64,000 nucleotides of DNA, from positions 61,170 to 125,169 of the forward strand of contig QPMI01000460.1 of NCBI GenBank assembly GCA_004431415.1, written 5' to 3'. The position numbers and the translations under genes are program-made. The first letter of the stretch is position 1; each line of letters starts with the position of its first letter. Positions 49,790 to 62,500 of this stretch are shown here, piece by piece. A model generated the notes under the pieces. The model was not told the origin of the DNA. It made no database searches and was given only the letters and a program-made list of their open reading frames with translations. The DNA is from Cyanophora paradoxa CCMP329. Lineage: Eukaryota > Plantae > Glaucophyta.

Positions 49790-52128
49790 ATGAACGCTGC
49801 CGCCAAGAAATCCCTGAAACGCCTTGTTGATTGGCTTCGTGAAGACGATGTCCTGTCTGAGAATATCGTAATACCCGTTGATCCCGATACCAAAAAACCC
49901 TTTTCGCCCATAAAGACGGATCGTGGACTTGGGATAAATTCGATGAAGCCCTGAAATCCGGTAAGTATGTTGCTTGGGGCATTCTCGCTCGCAATATCGT
50001 GGTTATCGACTTCGACCAAGAGGAGGATTTCACCAAATTCGAGGAGCAATTCCCCGATGATTTCGGTGGTGTCAATCCTCTTGCTAAAACCAAAAAAGGA
50101 TATCATGTTTACTTCTCTCGTCCTTCTGACTTCGATGCTGTGAAGATCTGGGATAAAGCGGGTGCTTTCAAAGGTTATCCTAAGATCGACTGTAAGACAA
50201 TTGCGTCCACTGGAACTGCTGGGTTGATCAACGTTTCCCCAAGCCCCGGTAAAACTTGGATCAGAGAACCATGGGCGGAAGGCTGTGAGTTGATCGAACC
50301 GAGTGCTGAACTCCAAAAGTGGATGATTGACAACTACCTTTTTCCGAAAGGCGGACACTCTTCTATTGATAGGAGCATTGAAGAGGATTTGCAGAAACAC
50401 ATTCTCCGGAAACTTGAAGAATTTGGTTTCATCTTACCCACAATCATTAATGAGACCGAGAAGGGTTACAGTTTCACTGCTGAGAACAAAGGTCTGATTT
50501 GTCCCTGCTGCAAGGGAAGCCATGACTCCAACAATTGGTATATACTTCAAGGGAACGAGAAAGACAAGTATATTGTTTCAAGTTATAGCACCAATTGCAA
50601 GAAGCGAGTTATGACGGTTCGCGTTCAAGCTGATACCGATGTTCAGATTGAAAAGCTAATTGATCGGTCGATTGGATCTGATGGCGGACATTATGATGTT
50701 GCCCAGGTTGCTTTTCTTGTTCTGCGAGACAGCTACAAGTATTCAAACAAGACGTGGTTCAAGTTCAACGAGGCTTACGGAATCTGGGAGATGGATGAGA
50801 CCGGGAAACGAATCTATCTGTGTTTGAGTTGCAGGGTTTGCCCGGCTTATCTTCAACGTGCTGTGCAATTCGCTCAGAGAGCGCTTCGTGATGAAGAGAA
50901 TCGTGCATCTTTGGAGGAGAGATCACAGGTTCTTCTTGGTATCGCAAAGAAACTCAAACAGACTAATTACCGAACTTCTCTTCTGTCTGATCTCACAGTT
51001 CTGATGAACGATAAGACATTCTTCGAGAGACTTGATACTGTTACCAATGTGATTGGATTCACAAATGGCGTATTTGATCTGAATTCTATGACTTTCCGAA
51101 GGGGACTCCAGAAGACATGATCAGTAAGACTGTTGGTTATGATTATTGCCCCGAGGTGGATTCTGTGAAAGTCACCAAGATCCTTTCCATCTACTCTGAC
51201 ATCATCGAAGAGGAAATTGAGCGCAATTTCGTGATGGGTTCGATCGCTTTCTCTCTGAGTGGTCGCACAGATATTCAAAAGTTCAATTTCTGGACTGGAA
51301 TTGGAGCCAATGGTAAATCTCTCGTTCAGGAGATGGTCAAGCAAACATTCGGACAGTATTTCGGAACAATCAATATGTCATATTGGACGAAACCGAAAAG
51401 AATGCATCAGACGCTACACCTGAACTTGCGGATATTCTGGGTCGTCGCATTATCTTTTCAAATGAAGCGGAAGATGGCGACAAGCTTCAAATTAGCAAGA
51501 TCAAAGAGATTACAGGTGGTAACGAGATGAAGGTTCGCGCCCTGTTCAAAGATCCTGTTACCTACATTCCTATGGGTCAAATCTTCTTATCGACGAATGA
51601 GAACCTGGGGATGAGTAAACCCGATGCTGCGATTTACCGGCGACTCTCTTACTATCGTTTCTCTTGCGTCTTCAAGCCCAACCCTCAACCTGGTGAGAAG
51701 AAAGCGGATACTTCACTTATGTCCATCATGAATGACGACGAATACAAGATGGCTCAAATGTCGATCTTCTTGGACATGTGGAAGAAACAGGATCTTGCAC
51801 AGCTGCTGATGAATCCGCCACAGTCTATCATCGATCAGGGACTGGAATACTTCAATGATAACGATAAAATCGGGAGTGGCTCCGCAGCACTTATGAGAAG
51901 ACTGGAAGCCGAAACGATTTCATTAGGAGTGAAGCTATCATTACTGGCTATCGTTCTGTTGATGATAAAACCGATGCCGCCAGTATTGGAAAGCGAGTCC
52001 GCGAAGTCTTTAATGTGAAGTCTGAAACTGTTCGAGAAAGAGGTCAGGTGAAGCGTGGTTACTTCGGACTGAAAAAGAAGATTATGATTGAGGACGACGA
52101 TGACGACGACGTAGAGGCTCCCAACTAA
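49790..52128 (+). CDS. Prim-Pol (AEP) primase / Zn finger / D5-like SF3 helicase fusion, four -1 frameshifts
   Basis: KKP..GIL..VVIDFD..KTKKGYHVYF (Prim-Pol); CPCCKGSH; IGFTNGVFDL (D5_N); Walker A TGIGANGKS; IIFSNE; IKEITGG; FLSTN; acidic tail ending TAA 52128. Confidence 0.9.
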
Positions 52129-52195
52129 TTACAACAAAACATACTATTCTTACTGATAATTCATACTTTTTTTATAACCTTACTGAAAACAGTAA

Positions 52196-52288
52196 GTGTA
52201 ACAGGTGTAACAGGTAAATCCCAAACTTCGCTCCTAGGGAGGTGAAAATCCGAAAACTTTGGGATTTACCTGTTACACCCGTTACACC
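52196..52288. repeat. Third iteron palindrome, inverted relative to 42952-43047, just downstream of the primase-helicase
   Basis: GTGTAACAGGTGTAACAGGTAAATCCCAAACTTCGCTCCTAGGGAGG...TTTGGGATTTACCTGTTACACCCGTTACACC; the loop matches the reverse complement of the earlier loops. Confidence 0.85.
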
Positions 52289-52301
52289 GAATAAAAAATA
52301 A

Positions 52302-52328
52302 AAAATTGACTGGTGATTTAAAAATTGA
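52302..52328 (+). promoter_or_regulatory. Two AAAATTGA motifs (mimivirus-type early promoter motif) upstream of polB
   Basis: AAAATTGA at 52302-52309 and 52321-52328; function not shown. Confidence 0.35.
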
Positions 52329-52505
52329 ACGTGTGTCTCAGTTGAAAATGAATAGCGTCAAAATGAACCAATCGGTTGTGGAAGGTGATTTGGAAGAGGT
52401 TGCAAAGTTCATAAAGTATAATTGTGGTATCAATAACAGGCGGAAGAGAAACTATGTTACTATATATATTCCAAAGGAAACAACGGTGAGAATCATTAGA
52501 ACTTA

Positions 52506-55500
52506 ATGCGTTCAAAATCCAAAATAAAAATGTTCCTTTATAGCAAAGATGCCCGCCAAACGAACAGACTGATCAAAGAAAAGAAAAATGAAATACTTGG
52601 ATTGTTAGGAACTCTCTTAGTTACAGGTGAGATCACCGAAGCGGAATACGATAGAGAAGCCGCCATCTTAGATAGACGACCGCGATTAGGTCAACTCACT
52701 GAGATTGCAAATGACCTCTACGATCGCATGCAACGAATGGAGGAATTTATGGGTGAAGGACAGAGATTAGGAGCAATTGAACCGGATATCGAAGATGGAC
52801 AAGCGATGAATCAAGCGTATTCGTGGTTGACCTATCGCGCCCGAAATGAAGTTGTCGTGGATGCTATCGAATTCCTCGAAAGAATCGCACCAAGTCTACC
52901 GCAACGCATTAAAACCTGCTTAGAGCAACTGAGAGCCGTTAAAGTCCGTCTGACTTTCGTTTGCAAATTTACCAAAGTAGGTAATCCGCGCATCTATATC
53001 ACCAAATTCATTTACAGCGATTATTTCGTAATTACCCGATCCCGCAACATAGACACAGAAGTTCGCAAAGCGTTACAGAAAATGCAAGAGGAAATGACGC
53101 AAGTGGATAGTTACCGTTTGGAGAAGATCGAAATACTTAGAGGCATTATCATGTCTTATGCACCTGTGGGAGGATGCTATTTCGCAACTCCCGAATGGAT
53201 CGCATCCAAGAAAGCGACGGTGAATGTTAAGAATATCGACGGGCAAGATTGCTTCAAGTATGCGATTTTGGCTTACCTGCATCGAAAGGACATCAATAAA
53301 CACAAGAGTAACGAACCGAGCCAATACCGCCGATGGTTAAATGAACTCAATTTCGATGGTATTCAGTTTCCCGTTGCCTGTGATGCTGAGGTAATCGATC
53401 GATTCGAAGAACTGAACCCCGAACTCTCTATTAACATTTACGGAGCCGATAACGCCAAAGAGTGTTTCTATCCTCTCCATCAATCAAGTAACCCAAGAAG
53501 AAAGACCAAGATTAATCTTTTACTTATCGAAAACACCGAAGATGATCGTGGACACTACATTACTATCATGTCTTTTAGTCGTCTTCTGAAAACTACGTTT
53601 GATAAAGCATGTGATGGTCGCATTTATTACTGTGAAACCTGCTTATCGCGTTTCAGAACTCAGGAGAAATTAGACCTGCATGTTGAAGCAAATCGCTGCA
53701 TTGATTGGAGGGAGAGCAAAGGCAAATGCCCGAAAGTGGGAAGCGCAATTGAATTCGGTCTGCAACATCTACGTAAAACCGTGTGGCTTCCTGTGATCTG
53801 TTATGTTAAAGTTGAAGATCATTCAGTTGCTATCGATGCTCAGAGAAGTAAACGTGAGATTAAAGCGGTTTCACTGAGAGTGGTAATGGGAGAAGAAGTG
53901 AGAGCATACCGTTTTGAGGGAGCCGATCCCCTTGGTTCTCTCTTTGTTACTCTGCAAGATATTAGACCCGAAATCGTTGAGACGCTGTTTAGAAATATTC
54001 CGATGCATCCACTCACAGATGATCAGAAGGCGGAATACAAGGTAACAAAACACTGTTACATTTGCTCTCAGAGATTCACCCACGAAAACTTCCCGGTTCG
54101 AGATCATTGCCACCAATCCGGCGATTTCATCGGAAAGGCATGCCGAAACTGTAACCTCCACCGGCGAATTTCGAAGCAAACCAAAGTAGCTATCGTGGTG
54201 GATCACATGGATGAATGCGGACACGGAATATTCCGCAAGATTGCACAGCAAGACGATAAACTTCGTGTTGAGATTCTGAGCAAGAATTTCGATCAATACC
54301 TATCGCTTCAATGGGGCATGTGGAAGTTCATTGATGCTTCCCATTTCATGGATTTCCAATCTGTGGATGTGGGCGATTTAATGAGAAAGTTTGAAGCATT
54401 CCGCAAATTGGCGTTTTCTCAATATGGATTGGATCCCGCACATTATGTTAGCGCACCAGGTCTCTCTTGGGACGCTATGCTCAAACATACGAAAGTTAAG
54501 ATTGAACTTATCGATGATGTAGAGAAATACGAATTTGTTGAGAGAGCCATTAGAGGTGGATTTGCTACCATGCCCACACGATACGCAAAGGTAGAGAATG
54601 CTGACGATCATATAGTTTTGTTGGACGCAAATAATCTTTATGGGTATGCTCTCAGCCAACCACTACCTATCGGAGATTATCGATGGGAAGATGTCACAGA
54701 GGCACTTAAAGAGGTAGAGGGTCGAAGCGCATTTATTGAAGTTGACCTTGAATACCCCACATCGCTTGAAGAACATTATGATTTCCCACTGATTGTGAAT
54801 AAAGAAGTGATCACCAATGAGATGCTTGGTGATTATCAACAGAAACTATTAGATCTGACGGGCGAAAAGATCAGCAAAGACCCCAAACTTACAGCGACAT
54901 TTACACCCAAGAATAAATACGTGATTGCTCGACCTCTTCTTAATTACATCGTTAAGAAGGGTGTTGAAATCAAGAAAATAAATAAGGTTCTCTCTTTCGC
55001 TACTTCCCCATTCATGAAGTCTTACATTGGTTTGAATACTCTTCTCAGGCATGAATCTACTAACCATTTCGAAAGCGACTTCTTTAAACTCATGAACAAT
55101 GCAATTTACGGTAAATGCTTGGAATCTTGCAGGGGTCGCTCAACTGTCAAGATCGCTAACAGTGAGAAACTCTGTAAGAAATACGCAGCAAGTCCGCTTA
55201 TCAAAGCGACCAATGTATTAAACGAGAATGCCGTTGCCTTTGAGATGTATTCGAAGCATGTGAACTAGATAAACCCGTAGCAATTGGCGCTTTCGTTTTG
55301 GATTTTGCGAAACTACATAACTATCGGTTCTTCTATGATGTAGTAAGGAAGAAGTGGGAAACCGCTAAATTACTGTTCCACGATACCGATTCGTTCTGTC
55401 TTTTCCTGAAAACCAATAATCTGAACGAAGATATGAAAGAGATAGGTGAGTATCTCGATAGGAGCAATTACGATAAATCCCATCCTCTCGTGAGTATCAA

Positions 55501-55828
55501 AAACCGCATGGTTCCAGGTAAATATAAAAATGAGTTCCCAAATGCAAAGATCATGGAGTATGTGGGTCTGAGATCGAAACTCTATGCTTTCAGAACTGAG
55601 ACCAACGAAAGAGTAAAGATGTCGGGGACTTCCTCGAAAGAGGTTCATTTTGATGATTTTAAGAGATGTCTGTTCGAAGGCATCATAAAAACAGTATCAG
55701 TAACAAACAAGCGAAGGCAAGACCACAACTTATATGACTTGGAGAGCAGAAGGGTCGCTCTAAACCAACTCGATAGCAAACGGAAGATATCAGCCGACGG
55801 CATTCACAGCATTCCATTTGGTCTTTAA
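52506..55828 (+). CDS. polB: Protein-primed family B DNA polymerase (Polinton/adintovirus type) with OTU-like protease region, Zn finger and EndoVII-like insert; one -1 frameshift at ~55263
   Basis: KKATVNVKN..DCFKYAIL..GHY; CETC..H; VRDHCHQSG..CRNCNL; YGLDPAHYVSAPGLSWDAML; IRGG; DANNLYG; KLMNNAIYGK; HDTDS; GLRSKLY. Confidence 0.93.
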
Positions 55829-56013
55829 TATACTTGCTCAATACTTCTCTTTTTATTTTTTCGATCTCCAAGTAGCAGCAAACCACGGATCAGATGCAGC
55901 AACCATATGCACCTTAAACCGGGGTCATTTGGATCGATCGCAAAGTAGTTTGGTTTCGGGTGTTCTGTCCAAACCGGCTCGTCCATTATTAATATATTGA
56001 AAATAAAGTAAAG

Positions 56014-57384
56014 ATGCCCTCAGCACAGATAGGATTGCGACCCATTCCTAAAATCGTAAAGAAGAGCATGAAAGAAGACCAAGGGAACATGCTACCGATA
56101 ACCATTCCGGTCGAAGAGAAGAACACACGAATCTTAAAGAAGTCGGAGATGGTTAAACAACTGATCCCGGAGGCATTGCCTACTGAGACTGTAACGAAGA
56201 ATCGAAGATCGCGAAGAAGTTTTACGATCCGCGCACAGGTTACAAAGGTTTCGGGGCAATGAGAAAGGAACTACCAGAGGAAGACTACAAGAAGATGAGA
56301 GAATGGTATGATAAACAGGAAGTCGTTCAGATAAACGCACCGACCCTTTCAAGAAAGAGAGATCCGATGATTCCGATTCGGCAACCTCTCGATACCTACG
56401 TAATCGATCTGCTCTTCTTCCCAGCATACAAGAACCAAAACGACGGATACGATACGTTCATGTCCGCGATGGAATCTACCTTACGCACGGGTTACATCAT
56501 TCCGATGAGAGATAAGAGCGCTCTTAGGGCGCTTGCGGCGTTTGAACAGCTACAACGAAGAGTTCCTCGACCTATCGCACGCGTTCAGAGTGACAGCGGA
56601 AGCGAGTTCACAAATAACATGTTCACGAATTACCTTGCTAAGAAGTTCATAGACCATCAGATAAGCGATGTCGCAGATCATCGAAGCAAGGTAGAATCGA
56701 AGCGTTTAACAAGCAGATCAAACGATTGATCACGAACTATTGCATAGCAAACAACACAGCGCGATTCTTCGATGTATTGGGAGACATTGAGTATAACTAT
56801 AATAATACCATCCACTCAGCAACCAAGAGAAAACCAGCAGAAACGACGGAAGATCATTACCGTGAGATTATCGGATTAGAAGATGAGAGGTTCAAGAAGT
56901 CGATTGCTTACTTGGATGGTATCAAACAGGGTATGTTTGTGAGAGTGAGAATAGAAAAGAACCCATTCGCTAAACAAGGTGTCAATTGGTCGCGAATCGT
57001 CTATACTGTCGAAGGGAGAGAGGGTTTCAAGTTCAGGTTGCGAAATCCGAACGGCGAAATGGTCGAAGGAGATTCGCTTTCCACGAACTGTTACCTATCA
57101 AAGGTGTTGAGTATCACGAAGCGCCCACAGTGGATGCACTTGAACAAGCGAAAGAAGAAGCCCGGGTCGATTCGGCAATTCGCAAGGAAGGCATCGAAAA
57201 AGCGGATGACGTCCCAGAAGAACCGTTAACACAAGCCAGAACCAAGAAGAAAGGTAAGGCGGAACGTGAATTAAAGAAGTTAACCATAGCAGGAACCCAG
57301 AAACTATCAGAAGTCAACAGTCAGAGATGGTATACAGACTTTCAGACCTCAAAAGAGACATATTCAGCCCACAAACCCGGGTAA
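56014..57384 (+). CDS. Retroviral-like (rve, DDE) integrase of Polinton type, three -1 frameshifts
   Basis: FYDPRTGYKG..WYDKQE; YVIDL..NDGY; VQSDSGSEF; (GR)IEAFNKQIK after repair; YNNTIHSATKRKP; GMFVRV..NWS..YTV. Confidence 0.9.
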
Positions 57385-57522
57385 ATCTAAGATCCAGTTC
57401 GCGAAAGTAGCATAGATGTGTAGAGGATGCAAAGAGGATTCCGGCGATGGTCGCGGTTTCGAAAATGGATGAGTTGGTGAAGAGTTACAGCAGTGTGTAT
57501 GAATTTCTTGGAATTTTGGGTT

Positions 57523-57740
57523 CAGTTATCATATCATACCTCTCCCCCGGTTATCATATCATATCATACTTTCCCCCCCAGTTATCATACTTCTCCCCCA
57601 GTTATCATACTTCTCCCCCCAGTTATCATACTTCCCCCAGTTATCATAATTAATCCCCCAGTTATCATAATTCATCCCCAGTTATCATATCATACTTCTC
57701 CCCCCCAGTTATCATACTTCATCCCCCAGTTATCATATCA
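57523..57740. repeat. ~10 copies of CCCCAGTTATCATA(CTT) between the convergent integrase and patatin genes
   Basis: Directly visible, unit 18-29 bp. Confidence 0.85.
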
Positions 57741-57934
57741 CACTTCTTCCCCAATGACGTCACGACATATATACCGCATATATACACGTGACGTCACGAC
57801 ATATATACACTATATATACCAAAACCTCCGTATGCCGGTTGACCAAGAAAAAATGTTTGGAAAAAATGTATATATACGTATACATATACATATATATAAT
57901 CAAAAAAATCGGAAAAAATTCCCTCTCTTTTCTA

Positions 57935-59457
57935 TCGTATAAATGCGCCGTCACATCGACTCTCATGGTCGGGGCATTTATATATACCAGCGGATATATT
58001 CGTATATATCTTGTTCTCAGTGGGAAACCTATATAGAAAACATCGTTTATTGCAAGCGGAAAGCCCCGTTATATGATACATCCCCAGAATTATGTGCATT
58101 ATTTATATTCTCACATACAAACATTCTATTCACACCTTCATACTTGATATATGACCATGAAACCCCATCTTGCGATGTTGCAACATTGAAAGTCTTAATA
58201 AACGCAGTTGTTATACCTGACCCATAAGCAATTATCGAAGCGATCTCATATGTATATGGGAATGCTATTTGCAGATATTCTGTTGGCGTTTCCCATACTC
58301 CGTTAATGCGGATGCATTCGCTTCCATCCAGTTAATGATGGCGGGCTTTAAATGCCTCCTTTCCAAATTTCGCAGACGAAGCGGTAAACGCATTATCAGG
58401 TAGAAGATACCAATTAGCATCAATGGGAGGTATGTTATTAAGAGTGGATGATACATACGATCGGACAGGGTTCTTAATCTCATAGTTTGTTACCAGCAAA
58501 TCACAGAGTCTATTAATCATATTGTCGTTTGCTTCTATATACGATTCGGTCGCAGCTATCATTTCAGGAATCTTAGAGTATCATCAAGGGAGTTCAATAT
58601 ATCTTTCGGAAGCGGCACAGAGAGTCTATAATATCTTGCATATCCTTGGTCATCGTTATATGGTAGAAACTCATGCATCTTTTCAAGAGCAGACAGTTCA
58701 CTTGCAGCCATAAGCATATTGATTAATGGACTTCCAGAGGTCGAAGCAATCCATGAGAGAATACCCCAGGTATTCACGTTCTCATAAGATAACCGACGGT
58801 TGATGCATCGGTTTCGTTAACCTCACCACAAGAGATGCTAATAACTATAATGTCGTCGTCGTTATCATATATCTTTTTCGCGTGACTGTAACCACAAACG
58901 CTTGGGTTATTGTTACCAGATATTGCACCATCAATTAGACACATGCCGTCGTAATCGACAGGAGCGAAATATGTAGGAGCGGCAGAAGTAGAACGTGCTG
59001 CAATCTTACTTGGTATGGTCTTGTAATCGTTGTCGTTTGCTATAAAAATGGGTTTCATGCTTACAGTGTCGAACGTCGTAATCACCACGTCTTTCAGGGA
59101 ATCTTTATGAGAGCTTCCCCAGTCACAGAGAGAATGGCGGTCTCTAATGGTGTTACGTCGTATTTCGTATTAAAAAGGGCATTCTCTATGATGTTTCGTG
59201 GATTCGCAAAGATCAGAGGGAGATGATAGAGGTAAGTATCGTGAAGGTCGGTTGCAGTTAGTTTAGGTTCATTTGGAAATTCGGGTTTTTCACATTGAGA
59301 CCGATTGCAATAATACCGCCTGTGGATGTTCCACTTACGAGATCTACAAGATCGATCACGCGTTTACCGGTTCTTGTTTCGATCTCTTTAGCAATCTTGT
59401 TATGATGATACCACGAGCGCCACCTCCGGACAAAGATAATACGACTTTTAGGGGCAT
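57935..59457 (-). CDS. Patatin-like phospholipase with C-terminal discoidin (F5/8 type C)-like domain; multiple frameshifts
   Basis: ATG 59457 MPLKVVLSLSGGGARG; GTSTG; ARSTSAAPTYF; IDGAI..NNP; downstream AFTASS..FIKTFNVATSQDGVSW..PLRTRYIRIYP..MRVDV. Confidence 0.75.
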
Positions 59458-59505
59458 CTTTACTTATCTTAAATTTAATAAATCTGTATAAGTAGAGCAA
59501 GCAGG

Positions 59506-62500
59506 ATGAGTTTCAATTATCCAGCAAATTTACAGACAGTATCAGGTGGTGGTAAAGGGAACCCAAAACATGTGAACTTTGATAATATCACCATTAAAGG
59601 GTCGGCTTCTATTGATCAGAGCGCGGATAAACCCTCGAAAACTCATCCCCGGTTCATGCTTTATCGGTGAACCAAACGGATCCTGATAAAGAAGATGTTA
59701 GCATTGCTTTCAGTTTGGGCAATGTTAAAAAAACGCTGTTGCAGAGATCAAGGCAACCAGAAGGAGACCACGGAAACTTAAAACCAGTGGAACGCATCCC
59801 GATATTCCCACACGATTCGATAGCGGACGTTTGGTTTTCAACGTCCAGGATGAGAAGGGAGTTCATCGTAGCGGTTTGAGAATTTATAATGAAGGATCAA
59901 ATACGATTGCACAAATTCCCCAGATTTTACAGGTAGCCCCACATGGCGAAGAGAATCAGATTCGCCACACCAACAGTATTTATCCGAAGGACATCGTCGA
60001 AATGCAGAAACTAATGCACTGTTTGGTTTCACTCTTCCACAGGATACTTCCAAAGAAAAGATTCAATCACGGTCGACAGTAGCCCCAGTCAACCAGTAGC
60101 CATTCATTTACACCCCGACCTTGTCGAAATGGATAGGCATTTACTACCTTTGAAAACAAATACCAAAGACCTTGGTATTAGAACCCGACAGTGGCGAAAT
60201 ATTCACGGTAGCAACGTGTATGCAAACGGTGAGAAACTTGTAGCGAGAAAACTATCAGAGAAATATTCGAACATTACGGACCTGTTCCGGTTCCGTTTCC
60301 TCTACCATGGGATCCGCCAGATCTTACACCAAAGAAGCAACCAGGAAGAGAGTATACAGCAGAAGAGAACGTTGCTTTGGGCAACATATCGTGAGTTGGG
60401 AAAGTTCGAAACAAACCAGTATTTACAGTGTATCAACCACCAACAGAAGAGCTTCTTGCACCAGATGTGAACGTTATACCTCTTGAAGATCGACGATTCG
60501 AAGAAGATAATGAGTTACCTGATGGTTTCGATCCAACTTATAACATACGATCGCTACGAACCATATGATGAACAGCTTTTACCTGATGGATTCGCACCGA
60601 TCTATTTGATTTCATTGTTGATTGGGAGGACATCCGAAATAAACCCAAACATATCCACCTGATCCCCATGCTCACGATTGGGACGAAATAGAGAACAAAC
60701 CTGATAGATTCCACCTGTGGATCATAGACACGATTGGGAGGATATCGATGGAATACCAGAAGAATTTCCACCAGAAGACATAGACACACTTGGGATCAAA
60801 TCGATGCACCAGAAGAGTTTCCACCAGCACCACATAGACACAATTGGAACCAAATCGACCAGCAACCTACATTCGCATCAGCAGGTGATGCTGTCAATGA
60901 TGGGCTACATGGTGTGAGTCTCTATAAGAATATAGACACAGAGGAAAGATTAATGTTAGATACGTATTACGTCAATCGTCACGGAATAAATGCAGGCACC
61001 ACAATGGAAGGCGAATTATATATCAGACCACCTACACGAGTTAATTTAGTTGCAGCAGGTGGAGGTATTGGAGTAATGCAGAATAAACCGGGCATCTATC
61101 TAACAAGTTACTACCCAGATGACATCCGATGACAGTTACATTACCACCTATCCCATCTCTTCCAGCCGATCCAATTAATTTGTAGACAAAGATGCAGCAA
61201 TCCAAATTAACGTTACTGATGTAAGCGCTCTGATGGATCAAGACCAAAGTTAATATTTAGTCGAGATCGGCTCTTACCTGATGATTTATTGGAGATCGAG
61301 ACGATTATAAGCAATGTGAGATAGGGTGGATTAAAACCAATTATAATGATGTTGATAAGCAAGGGGTCTTGGAAATCAATCAGAGAGCAGCAGCAAAAAC
61401 ATACACAACGAAACAATATCACGAGTGGTCACAGAGGATTATTTAGAAAACAAGAATTACATAGATGGAACCGAATTAGCTACGGCTTTGCTTCCTTTGG
61501 CGGCAGTTTCAACTGTCCAATCTTGGTTAGGTAACTACCTTCCCTCACAGGTGGAACCATAACAGGTAATCTGACAGTCAATGATACATTGAGTGTAGGT
61601 AAGAGATACACCTAAGTGGAAATCAGTTCGAGAGAGGATCCAAGATTTCTCTACATATAATCCAAGGGAAATAGCAGATTGCCTACTTCACTTTAACGCA
61701 AACTCTGATAATTGGAAGAGTGGAGCGCTTGTTTATGAACTAAAAATTACGCAAGGGGCGGCTCAGTTTGGAATTATATTAATGTAGTTAACACTCTTGT
61801 TAGTTACGGCAGTGTTACTTTCAGCTTCCTCGGTCCAAATAGTAAAAAGTTCTACCAGTGGCTACCACAAACACATTTTCATTCATCAATTATCAATATC
61901 AAACTTCTACTCTTTATGATACTATCCTTTCAGCGGAATTACGTCTCATTTGTCATTCGATTTAAACCAAGCGTTCCAAATGAAACAGTTTTACGAATCG
62001 ACGGCTCAACACATGTGAATGGAAACAATCTCAGTTGGTTGATTACTAAACAAGCGGTATTTGAATGTCAATAAGAATGGCTACGATTTAGTGAGCATTC
62101 CAATATCAACAACAGAAGGGATTCTTGGACAATGTTCGATATTCGAGTAACAAGCACAACTGTTCATTTTGAGTTAATGGAATTCATCGAGATACAATAT
62201 CTGTTCCGCCGATTCAAGATATCCACGCCAAGATGTCAATAAAATACATGTGGGTGATAGCGTTTCGAAATTTGATCTATGTGAACTCCTTTGTTATGGT
62301 AGAACCCTTTCAGATACAGAACTACAAAATATTAGATGGTATTTACAGCAAAAATACGGTTTTTCGGAAGACCCTTTAAATCCATATCCATTGGATAACA
62401 ACAAGATTCTTGTTAGAACCAACGAGTTTAAAGTAACCGGCACACTCTTGGCGACGAATGTTGTTATGACTTCATCAACCTCAGGCACAGTATCGACTGT

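Noticed and set aside
57493-57942. 149-aa ORF with SYHTSPP repeats
   Set aside because: Translation of the non-coding tandem array
45893-62300. Calling the viral genes pseudogenes, or invoking programmed frameshifting
   Set aside because: Uniform -1 breaks in many genes with intact catalytic motifs fit sequencing deletions better; no consistent slippery-site pattern seen
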